DNA from: an uncultured Gammaproteobacteria bacterium
GTDB taxonomy: Bacteria; Patescibacteriota; Patescibacteriia; UBA9934; GWF2-40-263
DNA: 64,000 bases
NCBI GenBank assembly: GCA_964616135.1
Contig: CAZTTQ010000001.1
Coordinates: 43,875 to 107,874, forward strand
Direction: 5' to 3'
Below the pieces are notes generated by a model, which was not told where the DNA came from, ran no database searches, and worked only from the letters and a program-made list of their open reading frames with translations. The translations under genes and the position numbers were made by a program. Shown piece by piece: positions 8,960 to 17,631 of this stretch; positions within the stretch are counted from its first letter, which is position 1, and every line of letters starts with the position of its first letter.

Positions 8960-9859
8960 TTATGGCGTGTCGCGGGGATCGGGCTCCGTCCCGCAGAGGA
9001 TGTACCGGTTGCCGGCCAGCACGTCGAACGCCGTTTCAGAGAGGATGATCCTCTTACCGGTGGTTAGCCCGTACGCTTCGGTCCGGGAGACCACGAGGCT
9101 CGTGGCCCAGCCGTTGAAGCCGTGGGCATTCCGGCAGACGTTCATGTCGCCGGAGAGGCCAGTGTTGAGCTGGCTCGTCCCTCCCTTTGGGACGAACATC
9201 CGGATGGGGATTTGCGCGTCCGCGTTCACCGCTCCGTCGGCGGAGGCGTGGTACGCCACGTTGCCTTCGTCGGTGTAGTACACGTGACTGGCCGTGATCC
9301 AGCTCGCCCAGTCGCCCTGGAGGCCGAGGCTGCCCAGGCCGAGCGCGACCTTGGTGACCACGAAGTCTTCTCCGACCGCGTGGAACACGAACCCGCTCGT
9401 CTCCGCCCAGCTACCATCGGTTGCCGGAGCGTATTCGACGCGCTCGGTGCCGGCGAGGGTCACGTACACGCGGCTGGTGGCCGCGATGCGGGAGAGCTCG
9501 TCGCCGCCGACCGCCGTGCAGGTGCCGTCCGACTGCAGGACGTTGCCGGCGGCGCAAGGGAACTTCCACGCCGGCGTGCACGACCCATCCTCGTGGAGAA
9601 GATCTTCGTCCCCGCAAGGGAACACCCAGGGTGTCTCGGGGTCGGCCGGCGGGACGCAGGTTCCGTCGGACGCCTCGAGCATGCCGCGGGCGCAGTGCTT
9701 CTCCCGGGCGACCAGGTCGTCCGGATCGGCGCAGACGCCGAGGGACGTGAGCACTTCGCCGGCCCTGCAGGGGAACTTCCACGCCGCGGTGTCGCCGCAG
9801 GCGGAGAGGGTCGCCGCAAGCAGGATTGCCGCGGCGTAGAACGACGTGTGGATGCGCAA
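8960..9859 (-). CDS. Cys-rich lipoprotein C of the cassette array
   Basis: TTG start after GGAGG; lipobox LSAC; internal repeats AWKFPCxAGxVL..DGxC. Confidence 0.75.
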   Translation of the reverse strand: MRIHTSFYAAAILLAATLSACGDTAAWKFPCRAGEVLTSLGVCADPDDLVAREKHCARGMLEASDGTCVPPADPETPWVFPCGDEDLLHEDGSCTPAWKFPCAAGNVLQSDGTCTAVGGDELSRIAATSRVYVTLAGTERVEYAPATDGSWAETSGFVFHAVGEDFVVTKVALGLGSLGLQGDWASWITASHVYYTDEGNVAYHASADGAVNADAQIPIRMFVPKGGTSQLNTGLSGDMNVCRNAHGFNGWATSLVVSRTEAYGLTTGKRIILSETAFDVLAGNRYILCGTEPDPRDTP

Positions 9860-9927
9860 CGCGCCTCCGATGTCCCCGGGATGGGGACGGTTTTGGCCCT
9901 TTCAATGGGGCCGAGTTGCGAGAGAGC
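9860..9927 (-). promoter_or_regulatory. Conserved structured 5' leader, copy 2
   Basis: Near-identical to 7280-7348. Confidence 0.8.
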
Positions 9928-10016
9928 TGGAGCTGGTCAAGGCTCGCGAGGGATTCGTGAGCTTTGTGCAGCGCCCGACGCGGAGAGAGTCTCTCGCGTC
10001 GGGGAAAGAGAATGGG

Positions 10017-10382
10017 TCACTTCGGAGGGATGACACCTTGGATGTCGTAGTCCATTATGGCGTCGCACTGCAGCTGGTCCTGCATATTGTGACCGCAGAA
10101 GTCGGCGGATGGGTCGTGGGTGACCACGATCGGTGCAATAGGTACGGGGTCTATGTGGAAGAAGAAGATCGGCGGATCCATCTCCTGAGCCATCTTGATT
10201 ACCGGCCCGGGCGGGCAGGAGCGGGGGTCGTTCGCCTCGGTGTCGTCGGCACAGACGTACACCTTTTCCGTCTGGACCACGACCTTCTCAGTCGTGACAG
10301 TGACGATCTCCGACTCGCAGGCCGCGATCAGGTTCGCCAGGGCCAGGATGGCCGCGGCGCAGAACGTGGTGTAAGCGCGCAA
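10017..10382 (-). CDS. Short Cys-containing lipoprotein D of the cassette array
   Basis: TTG start after GGAGG; lipobox IAAC; EKVYVCADD..DPRSCP motif shared with A and B. Confidence 0.7.
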   Translation of the reverse strand: MRAYTTFCAAAILALANLIAACESEIVTVTTEKVVVQTEKVYVCADDTEANDPRSCPPGPVIKMAQEMDPPIFFFHIDPVPIAPIVVTHDPSADFCGHNMQDQLQCDAIMDYDIQGVIPPK

Positions 10383-10450
10383 AGCGCCTCCGATGTCCCC
10401 GGGATGGGGACGGTTTTGGCCCTTTCAAGGGGGCCTGGTTGGGAACGTGC
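10383..10450 (-). promoter_or_regulatory. Conserved structured 5' leader, copy 3
   Basis: Near-identical to 7280-7348. Confidence 0.8.
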
Positions 10451-10542
10451 TCTTTTGGGCGAGAAGCCCGTACTTAGTGACGTTTCCTAGGCAGAAACAC
10501 TCAATAAATACGGGCCTTCCTCCCTGATCAATTCGAGGGAAA

Positions 10543-10571
10543 ACTATAGCACTTTTTGGCCCGTTTGTCAA
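10543..10571 (-). promoter_or_regulatory. Sigma70-type promoter
   Basis: TTGACA-N17-TATAGT. Confidence 0.8.
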
Positions 10572-10587
10572 TCGTGCCAGGGCAACG

Positions 10588-10618
10588 AAAAACCCACCCG
10601 TGGAATGGGTGGGTTTTT
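10588..10618. terminator. Bidirectional terminator after the peroxiredoxin gene
   Basis: AAAAACCCACCCG-TGGA-ATGGGTGGGTTTTT. Confidence 0.8.
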
Positions 10619-10627
10619 ACGTTCGAT

Positions 10628-11179
<552 letters not shown>

Positions 11180-11190
11180 ATCAAGAGAGA

Positions 11191-11814
11191 TTACAGAGAA
11201 ATGGTTCTGGCTTTTAGGTAGAGTTCTTCTGCTCTTGCCCAGTTGAAGTTCTTCCAGAACGCGGCGATGTAAGCCGCCTTGTCCGCGCCGTAGTCCAGGA
11301 AGTACGCGTGTTCGTAGCAATCCATCACGATGACCGGGACACAGCCCCAGACGCCGCCTTGGTTGTGCGCGTCGCCGTTGTACTGCTTCAGCCGGCCGGC
11401 CTTCAAGTCCCAGCAGACGACGCTCCAGCCGCGCGACGCCATGCCGCAGGCGGAGAGATACGCGAGCGCGTTTTCCACGGAGCCCCATTTTTCGGCCAGG
11501 GCTTTGGAGAGTTCCGGCGCCGCGGCGACGTTGCCGTCCCCGCCTAAGACGTCAAAGTACCACTCGTGCAGGTAGACGCCGTTGACGGCGAAGGTCTCCG
11601 CGTCTTTTAGCGAACGCAGGTCCGAATAGGTGGCGTTGCCGGTGGCGGTGCCAGAGAGCGCCAGTTCTTTCAGCTTTTCGCTTACTTCTTTCAACTTATT
11701 CACGTAGCCGACGTACAGCTTGTCATGGTGGATCTCCACCGTCTTTTTTGAAATGCCGTCCAATTCCTTGGAAAAGGGAAGTGGGTGCGCTTGAACGTCC
11801 GCGTGGGAAGCCAT
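11191..11814 (-). CDS. Fe/Mn superoxide dismutase
   Basis: IHHDK, LHEWYF, DCYEHAYFLDY. Confidence 0.9.
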   Translation of the reverse strand: MASHADVQAHPLPFSKELDGISKKTVEIHHDKLYVGYVNKLKEVSEKLKELALSGTATGNATYSDLRSLKDAETFAVNGVYLHEWYFDVLGGDGNVAAAPELSKALAEKWGSVENALAYLSACGMASRGWSVVCWDLKAGRLKQYNGDAHNQGGVWGCVPVIVMDCYEHAYFLDYGADKAAYIAAFWKNFNWARAEELYLKARTISL

Positions 11815-11821
11815 AGGAAGC

Positions 11822-11849
11822 TTCTGGCATCTAGCTGTTAGCTTCTAGC
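11822..11849. repeat. Four imperfect heptamer repeats
   Basis: TTCTGGC ATCTAGC TGTTAGC TTCTAGC. Confidence 0.5.
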
Positions 11850-11883
11850 CAGAATCCAGCTGCCACCGTATTCTAGCAGCGTT

Positions 11884-12957
11884 ATGTCATCACGCAACCA
11901 GCGGATCCTGCTTGTGACGGCGGCGGCGGCCCTCTCGGTCGGGGCCGTGGTTTTGCAATACCGTTCGTATCCGACGCCGCCGTTGGGCGTCGCGGGAGCT
12001 GCCGTCTCCAAATCGGACATTCTGCCGTCCGGTCCCGGACCAAACGGGATGCCGGCATTGGAAGACCCGTCGTTCGAATCCGTGCGCGCCGCGGACCAGT
12101 ACCTGAAGGACGACGGCTACGGCGTGGACGTGGAAGTCGGAGGCAAGCGCCGGTTCTACCCGTACCAAGTGTTGGTGTGGCACGCGGTGGCCAATGACGC
12201 GTTCGGGGGAGAAGAATTGGCCGTGACGTTCTGCCCTTTATGCCAAGGAGCCGCCGTGTACCGCCGCGCCATCGGCGGCAAGGACGCCGTGTTCGTCTCC
12301 GCGGGGAGCACGTGGAACGGCAATACGGTGTTGGTGGACCGTGAAAGCGGGTCGCTATGGCTGCAGGCGTCCGGGGAATCCATCGACGGCGCGCTCAAGG
12401 GGCGTCGCCTGGAGACGTACCCGTTCCGCGTCGTCGCATGGAAACGCTGGAAGGCCGCCTATCCGGACGGCCAGGTTCTTTCCCGCGTCACCGGCGTTGA
12501 TCGTGACTACACGCTGGACCCGGCGCTGACGTATGCGGCCGGCCAGTCCCTGCCGTTTCCCTCCGCCCGCGTGGACGCTCGGGAATCCGCCAAGACGCCC
12601 GTGGTCGGGTTGGAGGCGGGAGACGCGCACGTGGCGTACAACGTCGCGGATGTGTCGCGCCTGGGCGTCGTGAACGACGTCGTCGGGGACGTGCCGGCCA
12701 GCGTCTGGTTTGACGCTGACGCGGGCACCGCCGCCGCGTTCGACCGCCGGTTGTCCGACGGTCGCACGCTGACCTTCGTCCAGCGTTCCGGCGGCACCAT
12801 TGAAGACAAGGAAACCGGCTCCGCGTGGCGTCGGGACGGAAAAGCCGTCGCCGGCGCGCTTAAGGGCCGCACGCTTACGCCATTGTCCCTCCGTCCCATG
12901 TTCTGGTCCTGCTGGGCGGGTGCGTTTCCAGGAACTAACCTCTACGAACTTCCGTAA
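11884..12957 (+). CDS. DUF3179-like exported protein
   Basis: PALEDPSF; YPYQVLVWHAVAND; TFCPLC; duplicated DxETGSxW. Confidence 0.8.
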   Translation: MSSRNQRILLVTAAAALSVGAVVLQYRSYPTPPLGVAGAAVSKSDILPSGPGPNGMPALEDPSFESVRAADQYLKDDGYGVDVEVGGKRRFYPYQVLVWHAVANDAFGGEELAVTFCPLCQGAAVYRRAIGGKDAVFVSAGSTWNGNTVLVDRESGSLWLQASGESIDGALKGRRLETYPFRVVAWKRWKAAYPDGQVLSRVTGVDRDYTLDPALTYAAGQSLPFPSARVDARESAKTPVVGLEAGDAHVAYNVADVSRLGVVNDVVGDVPASVWFDADAGTAAAFDRRLSDGRTLTFVQRSGGTIEDKETGSAWRRDGKAVAGALKGRTLTPLSLRPMFWSCWAGAFPGTNLYELP

Positions 12958-12959
12958 GT

Positions 12960-13637
12960 ATGCCGGGTATCCTGTACGTCGTCGCCACGCCGATCGGCAA
13001 CCTGTCGGACGCCTCGCCGCGGTCGCATGAGATTTTGCGTTCCGTGGACGCCATTGCCTGTGAAGATACGCGCGTGACGTCCAAGTTATTGGCCGCCGCG
13101 GGGATTTCCCGCACGCTTATCGCCTACCACCAGCACTCGGACGACAGCCGCGTGCAGGACATTTTGGCGGAGCTGGAAGAAGGAAAGAACATCGCGTTGG
13201 TCACCGACGCCGGCACTCCCGCCATTTCGGACCCGGGCGGCATGCTGGTCCGGGACGTGGTGGAAGCGTTCGGCGCGGAGGCCAAGATCGTCCCGATCCC
13301 GGGGCCTTCCGCCTGCATCGCCGCCTTGTCCATTGCCGGGTTCCCGGCGGACCGGTTCGTCTTCCTTGGATTCCCTCCGCACAAGAAGGGGCGCAACACG
13401 TGGTTCAAGGAAATGGCCGGACGTCCGGAGACGGTGGTGTTTTACGAAAGCACGCACCGGATTGAAAAGACGTTGGAGCAACTGGCTGAAGTAGCTCCGT
13501 CCCGTCCGTTGGTCGTCTGTCGCGAGTTAACCAAGATGTACGAAACCACGTATCGCGGAACAGCCGTGGAAGTCATGGCGGCCCTGAAGGCCTCCAGCGA
13601 CAAAGGGGAGTTCGTAATTGTCGTCGGGCCCGTATGA
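12960..13637 (+). CDS. rsmI: 16S rRNA C1402 2'-O-methyltransferase
   Basis: LYVVATPIGNL, ACEDTR, DAGTPAISDPG, RELTK. Confidence 0.95.
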   Translation: MPGILYVVATPIGNLSDASPRSHEILRSVDAIACEDTRVTSKLLAAAGISRTLIAYHQHSDDSRVQDILAELEEGKNIALVTDAGTPAISDPGGMLVRDVVEAFGAEAKIVPIPGPSACIAALSIAGFPADRFVFLGFPPHKKGRNTWFKEMAGRPETVVFYESTHRIEKTLEQLAEVAPSRPLVVCRELTKMYETTYRGTAVEVMAALKASSDKGEFVIVVGPV

Positions 13638-14239
13638 ATAAGATCATCCTGATCGGCGGTTCGCCGACAGCGGGGAAAACCCACGCCGCGAAAGCGCTGG
13701 CCAAGGAACGCAACCTGCCGTGGATGTCCACGGACACGGTGCGCGAGCAGATGCGTGCGCTGGTGAAGCCCGCGGAGTACCCGGCCCTGTTCCGCTTCGC
13801 GGACGAAACGTCGGGCACAGCCGCGGAAGTCCTCACCGGCAACACGCCGGCCCAGATGGTCGCGCATGAAAAGGCCGAGGGGGAGGAAGTGTGGCGCGGC
13901 GTGAAGGCGCTGATTGAAACCGATTACGCGTGGGGCGACTTCATCATGGAAGGCGTCGCCATTCTCCCGCACCTCGTCGCGGAGTTGTCGGTGCCGGATA
14001 AGGAAATCAAGGCCGTGTTCTTGATCGATGAGGATGAGGCGCGCGTACGTAACACGATCTTCACCCGCGGGCTCTGGGACGAAGCGCACAAGTACCCCGA
14101 CGCTGTGAAGGAATTGGAAGTCGCGTGGATCTTGGCGTTCAATGCGTGGATCAAGAAGGAAGCGCAGGCGTACGGTTTCCCGGTCATCTCCGTGAACCGC
14201 ACGGACCATTTGGAAGAATTGAAGCGCCTTACGGCGTAG
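13634..14239 (+). CDS. P-loop kinase (2-phosphoglycerate-kinase-like)
   Basis: GGSPTAGKT, STDTVRE, IMEGV. Confidence 0.7.
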   Translation: MNKIILIGGSPTAGKTHAAKALAKERNLPWMSTDTVREQMRALVKPAEYPALFRFADETSGTAAEVLTGNTPAQMVAHEKAEGEEVWRGVKALIETDYAWGDFIMEGVAILPHLVAELSVPDKEIKAVFLIDEDEARVRNTIFTRGLWDEAHKYPDAVKELEVAWILAFNAWIKKEAQAYGFPVISVNRTDHLEELKRLTA

Positions 14240-14280
14240 AAAGCCCCGCCTCCGGGCGGTCTTTCTTTTTGGCTGCAGGA

Positions 14281-14309
14281 TTGACACGCGACCGTTTTTG
14301 CCCTAGAGT
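14281..14309 (+). promoter_or_regulatory. Sigma70-type promoter followed by a strong leader hairpin
   Basis: TTGACA-N17-TAGAGT; CCCCCTTGCGATCC/GGGTTGCAAGGGGG hairpin; AAGGAG SD. Confidence 0.75.
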
Positions 14310-14366
14310 GTCCCCCTTGCGATCCCGTCGGGTTGCAAGGGGGTTTTCGGACCCAAAGGAGATGCT

Positions 14367-14927
14367 ATGGACCTGCTTGCCGTCGCCCCCACCGTCGCCT
14401 GGGGCGCGTTCATCGCCTACGTTCTCGACTTGGTGACCAAGAGGCCGGACCGCGAGTGGGAGACGTTCGCCCGCTACGCCCCGGTTCGGTGGTTCGTTTC
14501 ACCGGAAGGCCGCCAGATCGGCTGGTGGGCCGGAGCGTTCCTGCTCCTGTGCGCCGTCGCGAGCGCCTGGCAGCGGCCGGTCGAAGCCCTGATCGGCTTC
14601 GTCCTGTACGCCGTGACCTTCGGCCAGACCCGCTGGCCGTGGCGCAAGAAGCAGGCGGACGACCCGCTCGGGCGCTCCGCCTTCACCCTGGGCCTGCGCG
14701 TCGCCGCCGACACGTTCGAGACCCTCGAGCGCCGTCTCGGCAACCGCGCCAAGACCGCGAACGTCACCGGCATACGCTTCCAGTCCGGCATCCTCACGGT
14801 CTACGTGCGGGAAGCCGACCCGGTGCTCGAGTCCTTCGTCAAGGACTACGTCCGCGATCGGCGGCCCGACCTGCCGACCTACGTGGTCGAGGACCGCCCG
14901 CCGGATCCCGACCCGAACGTCATGTAA
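14367..14927 (+). CDS. Hypothetical membrane protein (accessory class)
   Basis: Three hydrophobic segments; own promoter, SD and terminator (14933-14961). Confidence 0.7.
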   Translation: MDLLAVAPTVAWGAFIAYVLDLVTKRPDREWETFARYAPVRWFVSPEGRQIGWWAGAFLLLCAVASAWQRPVEALIGFVLYAVTFGQTRWPWRKKQADDPLGRSAFTLGLRVAADTFETLERRLGNRAKTANVTGIRFQSGILTVYVREADPVLESFVKDYVRDRRPDLPTYVVEDRPPDPDPNVM

Positions 14928-14990
14928 TCCTCGCCGCCCCGCGCTTCGGGGTGGTTTTTTTATTGGTTTTGCGGTAGGATTCACGCATCT

Positions 14991-15542
14991 ATGGATTCCA
15001 CATCGCCCGTTACGTTCGAAGAAACGATTGATTGGAAGGTGGCGTTCTACGTCTATTTGGCCATTGCTGTCATTGTCTTGGCGGGTCGTATCCTTATGGC
15101 TTTCGTCGAAGGTCTCGCTGGGTTCGGGGAGATCGCGGGGTTTGCGGTGGTCATCGCGTTTCTCTCGGTCTGCGGATACTGGTGGTTCCGCGAACGCCAT
15201 ACGACCATCCGTGTAGACCAGACCGGTCTCACTGTCACGGACATAAGCGGCGCCAAGCACATTCCGTTCAACCAGATTCGCTCGGTCCGTCTTGCGCGTA
15301 TCGGCATCGCTCGGCATGGCCACTACGCGTATCTCAGAGAGGCGACGGATTTTAAGACGAATATTCTTAGTTTGCAGCCACGCGTCAATGTGATGTATCG
15401 CAATCCGGGAATGTTCTTTACCTTGAAGCGGGGTGGGCCGAATGCGGTTTTATTGGACATTGGCGCGGATAAGCCTCAAGCCATTCCCTGTAAACGTATC
15501 GATGAACTGCTGACGGCAATCCAATCCGGTCTGTCCCGTTGA
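14991..15542 (+). CDS. Hypothetical 2-TM protein with PH-like domain
   Basis: Two TM helices then IRVDQTGLTV...IPFNQIRSV. Confidence 0.6.
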   Translation: MDSTSPVTFEETIDWKVAFYVYLAIAVIVLAGRILMAFVEGLAGFGEIAGFAVVIAFLSVCGYWWFRERHTTIRVDQTGLTVTDISGAKHIPFNQIRSVRLARIGIARHGHYAYLREATDFKTNILSLQPRVNVMYRNPGMFFTLKRGGPNAVLLDIGADKPQAIPCKRIDELLTAIQSGLSR

Positions 15543-15545
15543 CCT

Positions 15546-17051
15546 ATGTCCAAGTATTACCTGACCACCACTTTGCCGTACGTGAACGCCGACCCGCACG
15601 TCGGGTTCGCGCTGGAAATCGTCCAGGCTGACGCGTTGGCCCGCTACCGCCGCCTATTGGGGGACGAAGTCGTCTTCAACACCGGTACGGACGAACACGG
15701 CCAGAAGATTTACGAGAAGGCCTTGGAAGCGAAGCTGGATCCCAAAACGTATTGCGACGGGTACGCCAAAAAGTTCGAAGAGCTCAAAGGAGCCCTCAAT
15801 TTGACGTACACGCACTTCATTCGCACGACGGACGAAAAGCACATCGCCGCCGCCCAGGAATTCTGGCGCCGCTGCGACGCCGCGGGCGACATCTACAAAA
15901 AGGCCTACCAGACCAAGTACTGCGTCGGCTGCGAATTGGAAAAGACGGACTCGGAACTGGTCGAAGGGAAGTGCCCGGTCCACCCCAAGCTGACGGTGGA
16001 ACTGCGCGACGAGGAAAACTACTTCTTCCGTTGGTCGAAATACGAGGGCGCGCTGAAGGTACATTTCGCCGCGCACCCGGACTTTGTCGTGCCGTCCGGC
16101 CGCTTCAACGAAATCAAGTCGTTCTTGGAAGGCGGCCTGCAGGACTTCAGCATTTCGCGCCTGAAATCGAAAATGCCGTGGGGGATTGAAGTCCCGACGG
16201 ATCCGGACCACGTCATGTACGTGTGGTTCGACGCGCTCGTGAATTACATCTCCACGCTCGGTTGGCCGAACAAGGGCTCCGAGTTCGACCAGTTTTGGCC
16301 CGGCACGCAGGTCGCTGGGAAAGACAACCTGCGCCAGCAGTCCGCCATGTGGCAGGGCATGCTGCTGTCCGCCGGCGTTCCGCTGTCCAAGCAGATTTTC
16401 ATCCACGGCTTCATCACGGCCGAAGGGCAGAAGATGTCGAAGTCCTTGGGTAACGTGGTGAACCCGTACGACCTGGTGAACCAGTACGGCACGGACGCGA
16501 CGCGCTACTACCTGTTGGGCGCGCTTCCTTCCCACAGCGACGGGGATTTCTCCAAGAAGATTTTCGAAGACACGTACCTGGCGCGTTTGGCGAACGGCAT
16601 TGGCAACCTGGCCGCGCGCGTGACGACCATGGCCGGCAAGTTCTGCGACGGCAAGGTTCCGGCGCCGTCCACGGACCGCTTCGGCACCGCCGCCGCGTGG
16701 AAGAATTATGACGCCGCGCTGTCCCACTTCCGCTTTGACGACGCGGTGAAGGCGGCCGAGGAACTGATTACGGCCTGCAACCAGTCCATTGACGTAGAGG
16801 CGCCGTGGAAAAAGGCCAAGGCGGGAGAAGACGTGTCCCCGTTCATGTACCAGCTGCTGGAGGCGCTGCGCCACGCGGGCATGATGCTGCTGCCGGTCAT
16901 TCCGGCCGCCGCGGAGAAACTGTTGGCCCAGCTCGGCGTGGACGCCGCCAAGGTCTCGTTACCGAAGGACGCCGCCTGGGGCGGCCTGAAGCAGGGAACC
17001 GCCGTGCAAAGCGGCGTGATCCTGTTCCCGCGTTTGGAAACTAAGTCCTAA
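15546..17051 (+). CDS. metG: Methionine--tRNA ligase
   Basis: PYVNADPHVG, GTDEHGQK, YVWFDAL, KMSKS. Confidence 0.97.
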   Translation: MSKYYLTTTLPYVNADPHVGFALEIVQADALARYRRLLGDEVVFNTGTDEHGQKIYEKALEAKLDPKTYCDGYAKKFEELKGALNLTYTHFIRTTDEKHIAAAQEFWRRCDAAGDIYKKAYQTKYCVGCELEKTDSELVEGKCPVHPKLTVELRDEENYFFRWSKYEGALKVHFAAHPDFVVPSGRFNEIKSFLEGGLQDFSISRLKSKMPWGIEVPTDPDHVMYVWFDALVNYISTLGWPNKGSEFDQFWPGTQVAGKDNLRQQSAMWQGMLLSAGVPLSKQIFIHGFITAEGQKMSKSLGNVVNPYDLVNQYGTDATRYYLLGALPSHSDGDFSKKIFEDTYLARLANGIGNLAARVTTMAGKFCDGKVPAPSTDRFGTAAAWKNYDAALSHFRFDDAVKAAEELITACNQSIDVEAPWKKAKAGEDVSPFMYQLLEALRHAGMMLLPVIPAAAEKLLAQLGVDAAKVSLPKDAAWGGLKQGTAVQSGVILFPRLETKS

Positions 17052-17054
17052 ACT

Positions 17055-17127
17055 CGTCATTGCGAGCCGAAGGCGAAGCAATCCTCTCAGAAAAGATTGC
17101 TTCGTCACTCCGTTCCTCGCAATGACG
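17055..17127. repeat. Palindromic intergenic element (RPE/REP-like)
   Basis: CGTCATTGCGAG..CGAAGCAATC..GATTGCTTCG..CTCGCAATGACG nested inverted repeats. Confidence 0.85.
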
Positions 17128-17134
17128 GACACAT

Positions 17135-17629
17135 ATGCCCTGGATCGACATTGGTCTGCTCGTACTCATCGTCGGGTTCACCCTTGTCGGTTTTTGGTTG
17201 GGGTTCGTCCAGATGATGGGGAACCTACTGGGCACGTTCCTGGGCATCACGGTCGCGGGGCGCCTGGTGGATCCGGTCATGACGTGGATGCACAGCGACA
17301 GCGGGTGGACGCGCGTCATTGTCTTCATCGTCGCGTACTCCATCGTCTCGCGTGTCTTCGACGTCGTCTTCTGGTTCGTCCGCAAGACGTTCGGCGTGAT
17401 TTCCTGGCTGCCGCTCGCGGGTTTGGCGAACCGCATGGTCGGCGCGGTGCTCGGTTTGGCCGAAGGGATCATTGCCATCGGCGCGGCACTGTTCGTCGCG
17501 TCCGCGTTCGTCCCCGAACCCACGTTGCAGGCCTGGCTCGCGACGTCGTCCGTCGCCTGGGCGCTCCTGGCCATCATGCAGCTCTTCAAATTCCTTCTTC
17601 CCGAGGCCATCCGCCTTCTGAACCGGTAA
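17135..17629 (+). CDS. CvpA family membrane protein
   Basis: WIDIGLL..GFWLGF..NRMVGAVLGLAEG. Confidence 0.8.
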   Translation: MPWIDIGLLVLIVGFTLVGFWLGFVQMMGNLLGTFLGITVAGRLVDPVMTWMHSDSGWTRVIVFIVAYSIVSRVFDVVFWFVRKTFGVISWLPLAGLANRMVGAVLGLAEGIIAIGAALFVASAFVPEPTLQAWLATSSVAWALLAIMQLFKFLLPEAIRLLNR

Positions 17630-17631
17630 GT

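Noticed and set aside
5711-10450. CRISPR array or classical integron
   Set aside because: Repeats are separated by whole genes rather than 30-40-nt spacers. No cas or intI gene and no RYYYAAC/GTTRRRY-bounded attC structure is present.
11822-11849. Heptamer repeat as a regulatory system
   Set aside because: Short, imperfect and single-locus, with no associated gene to give it meaning.
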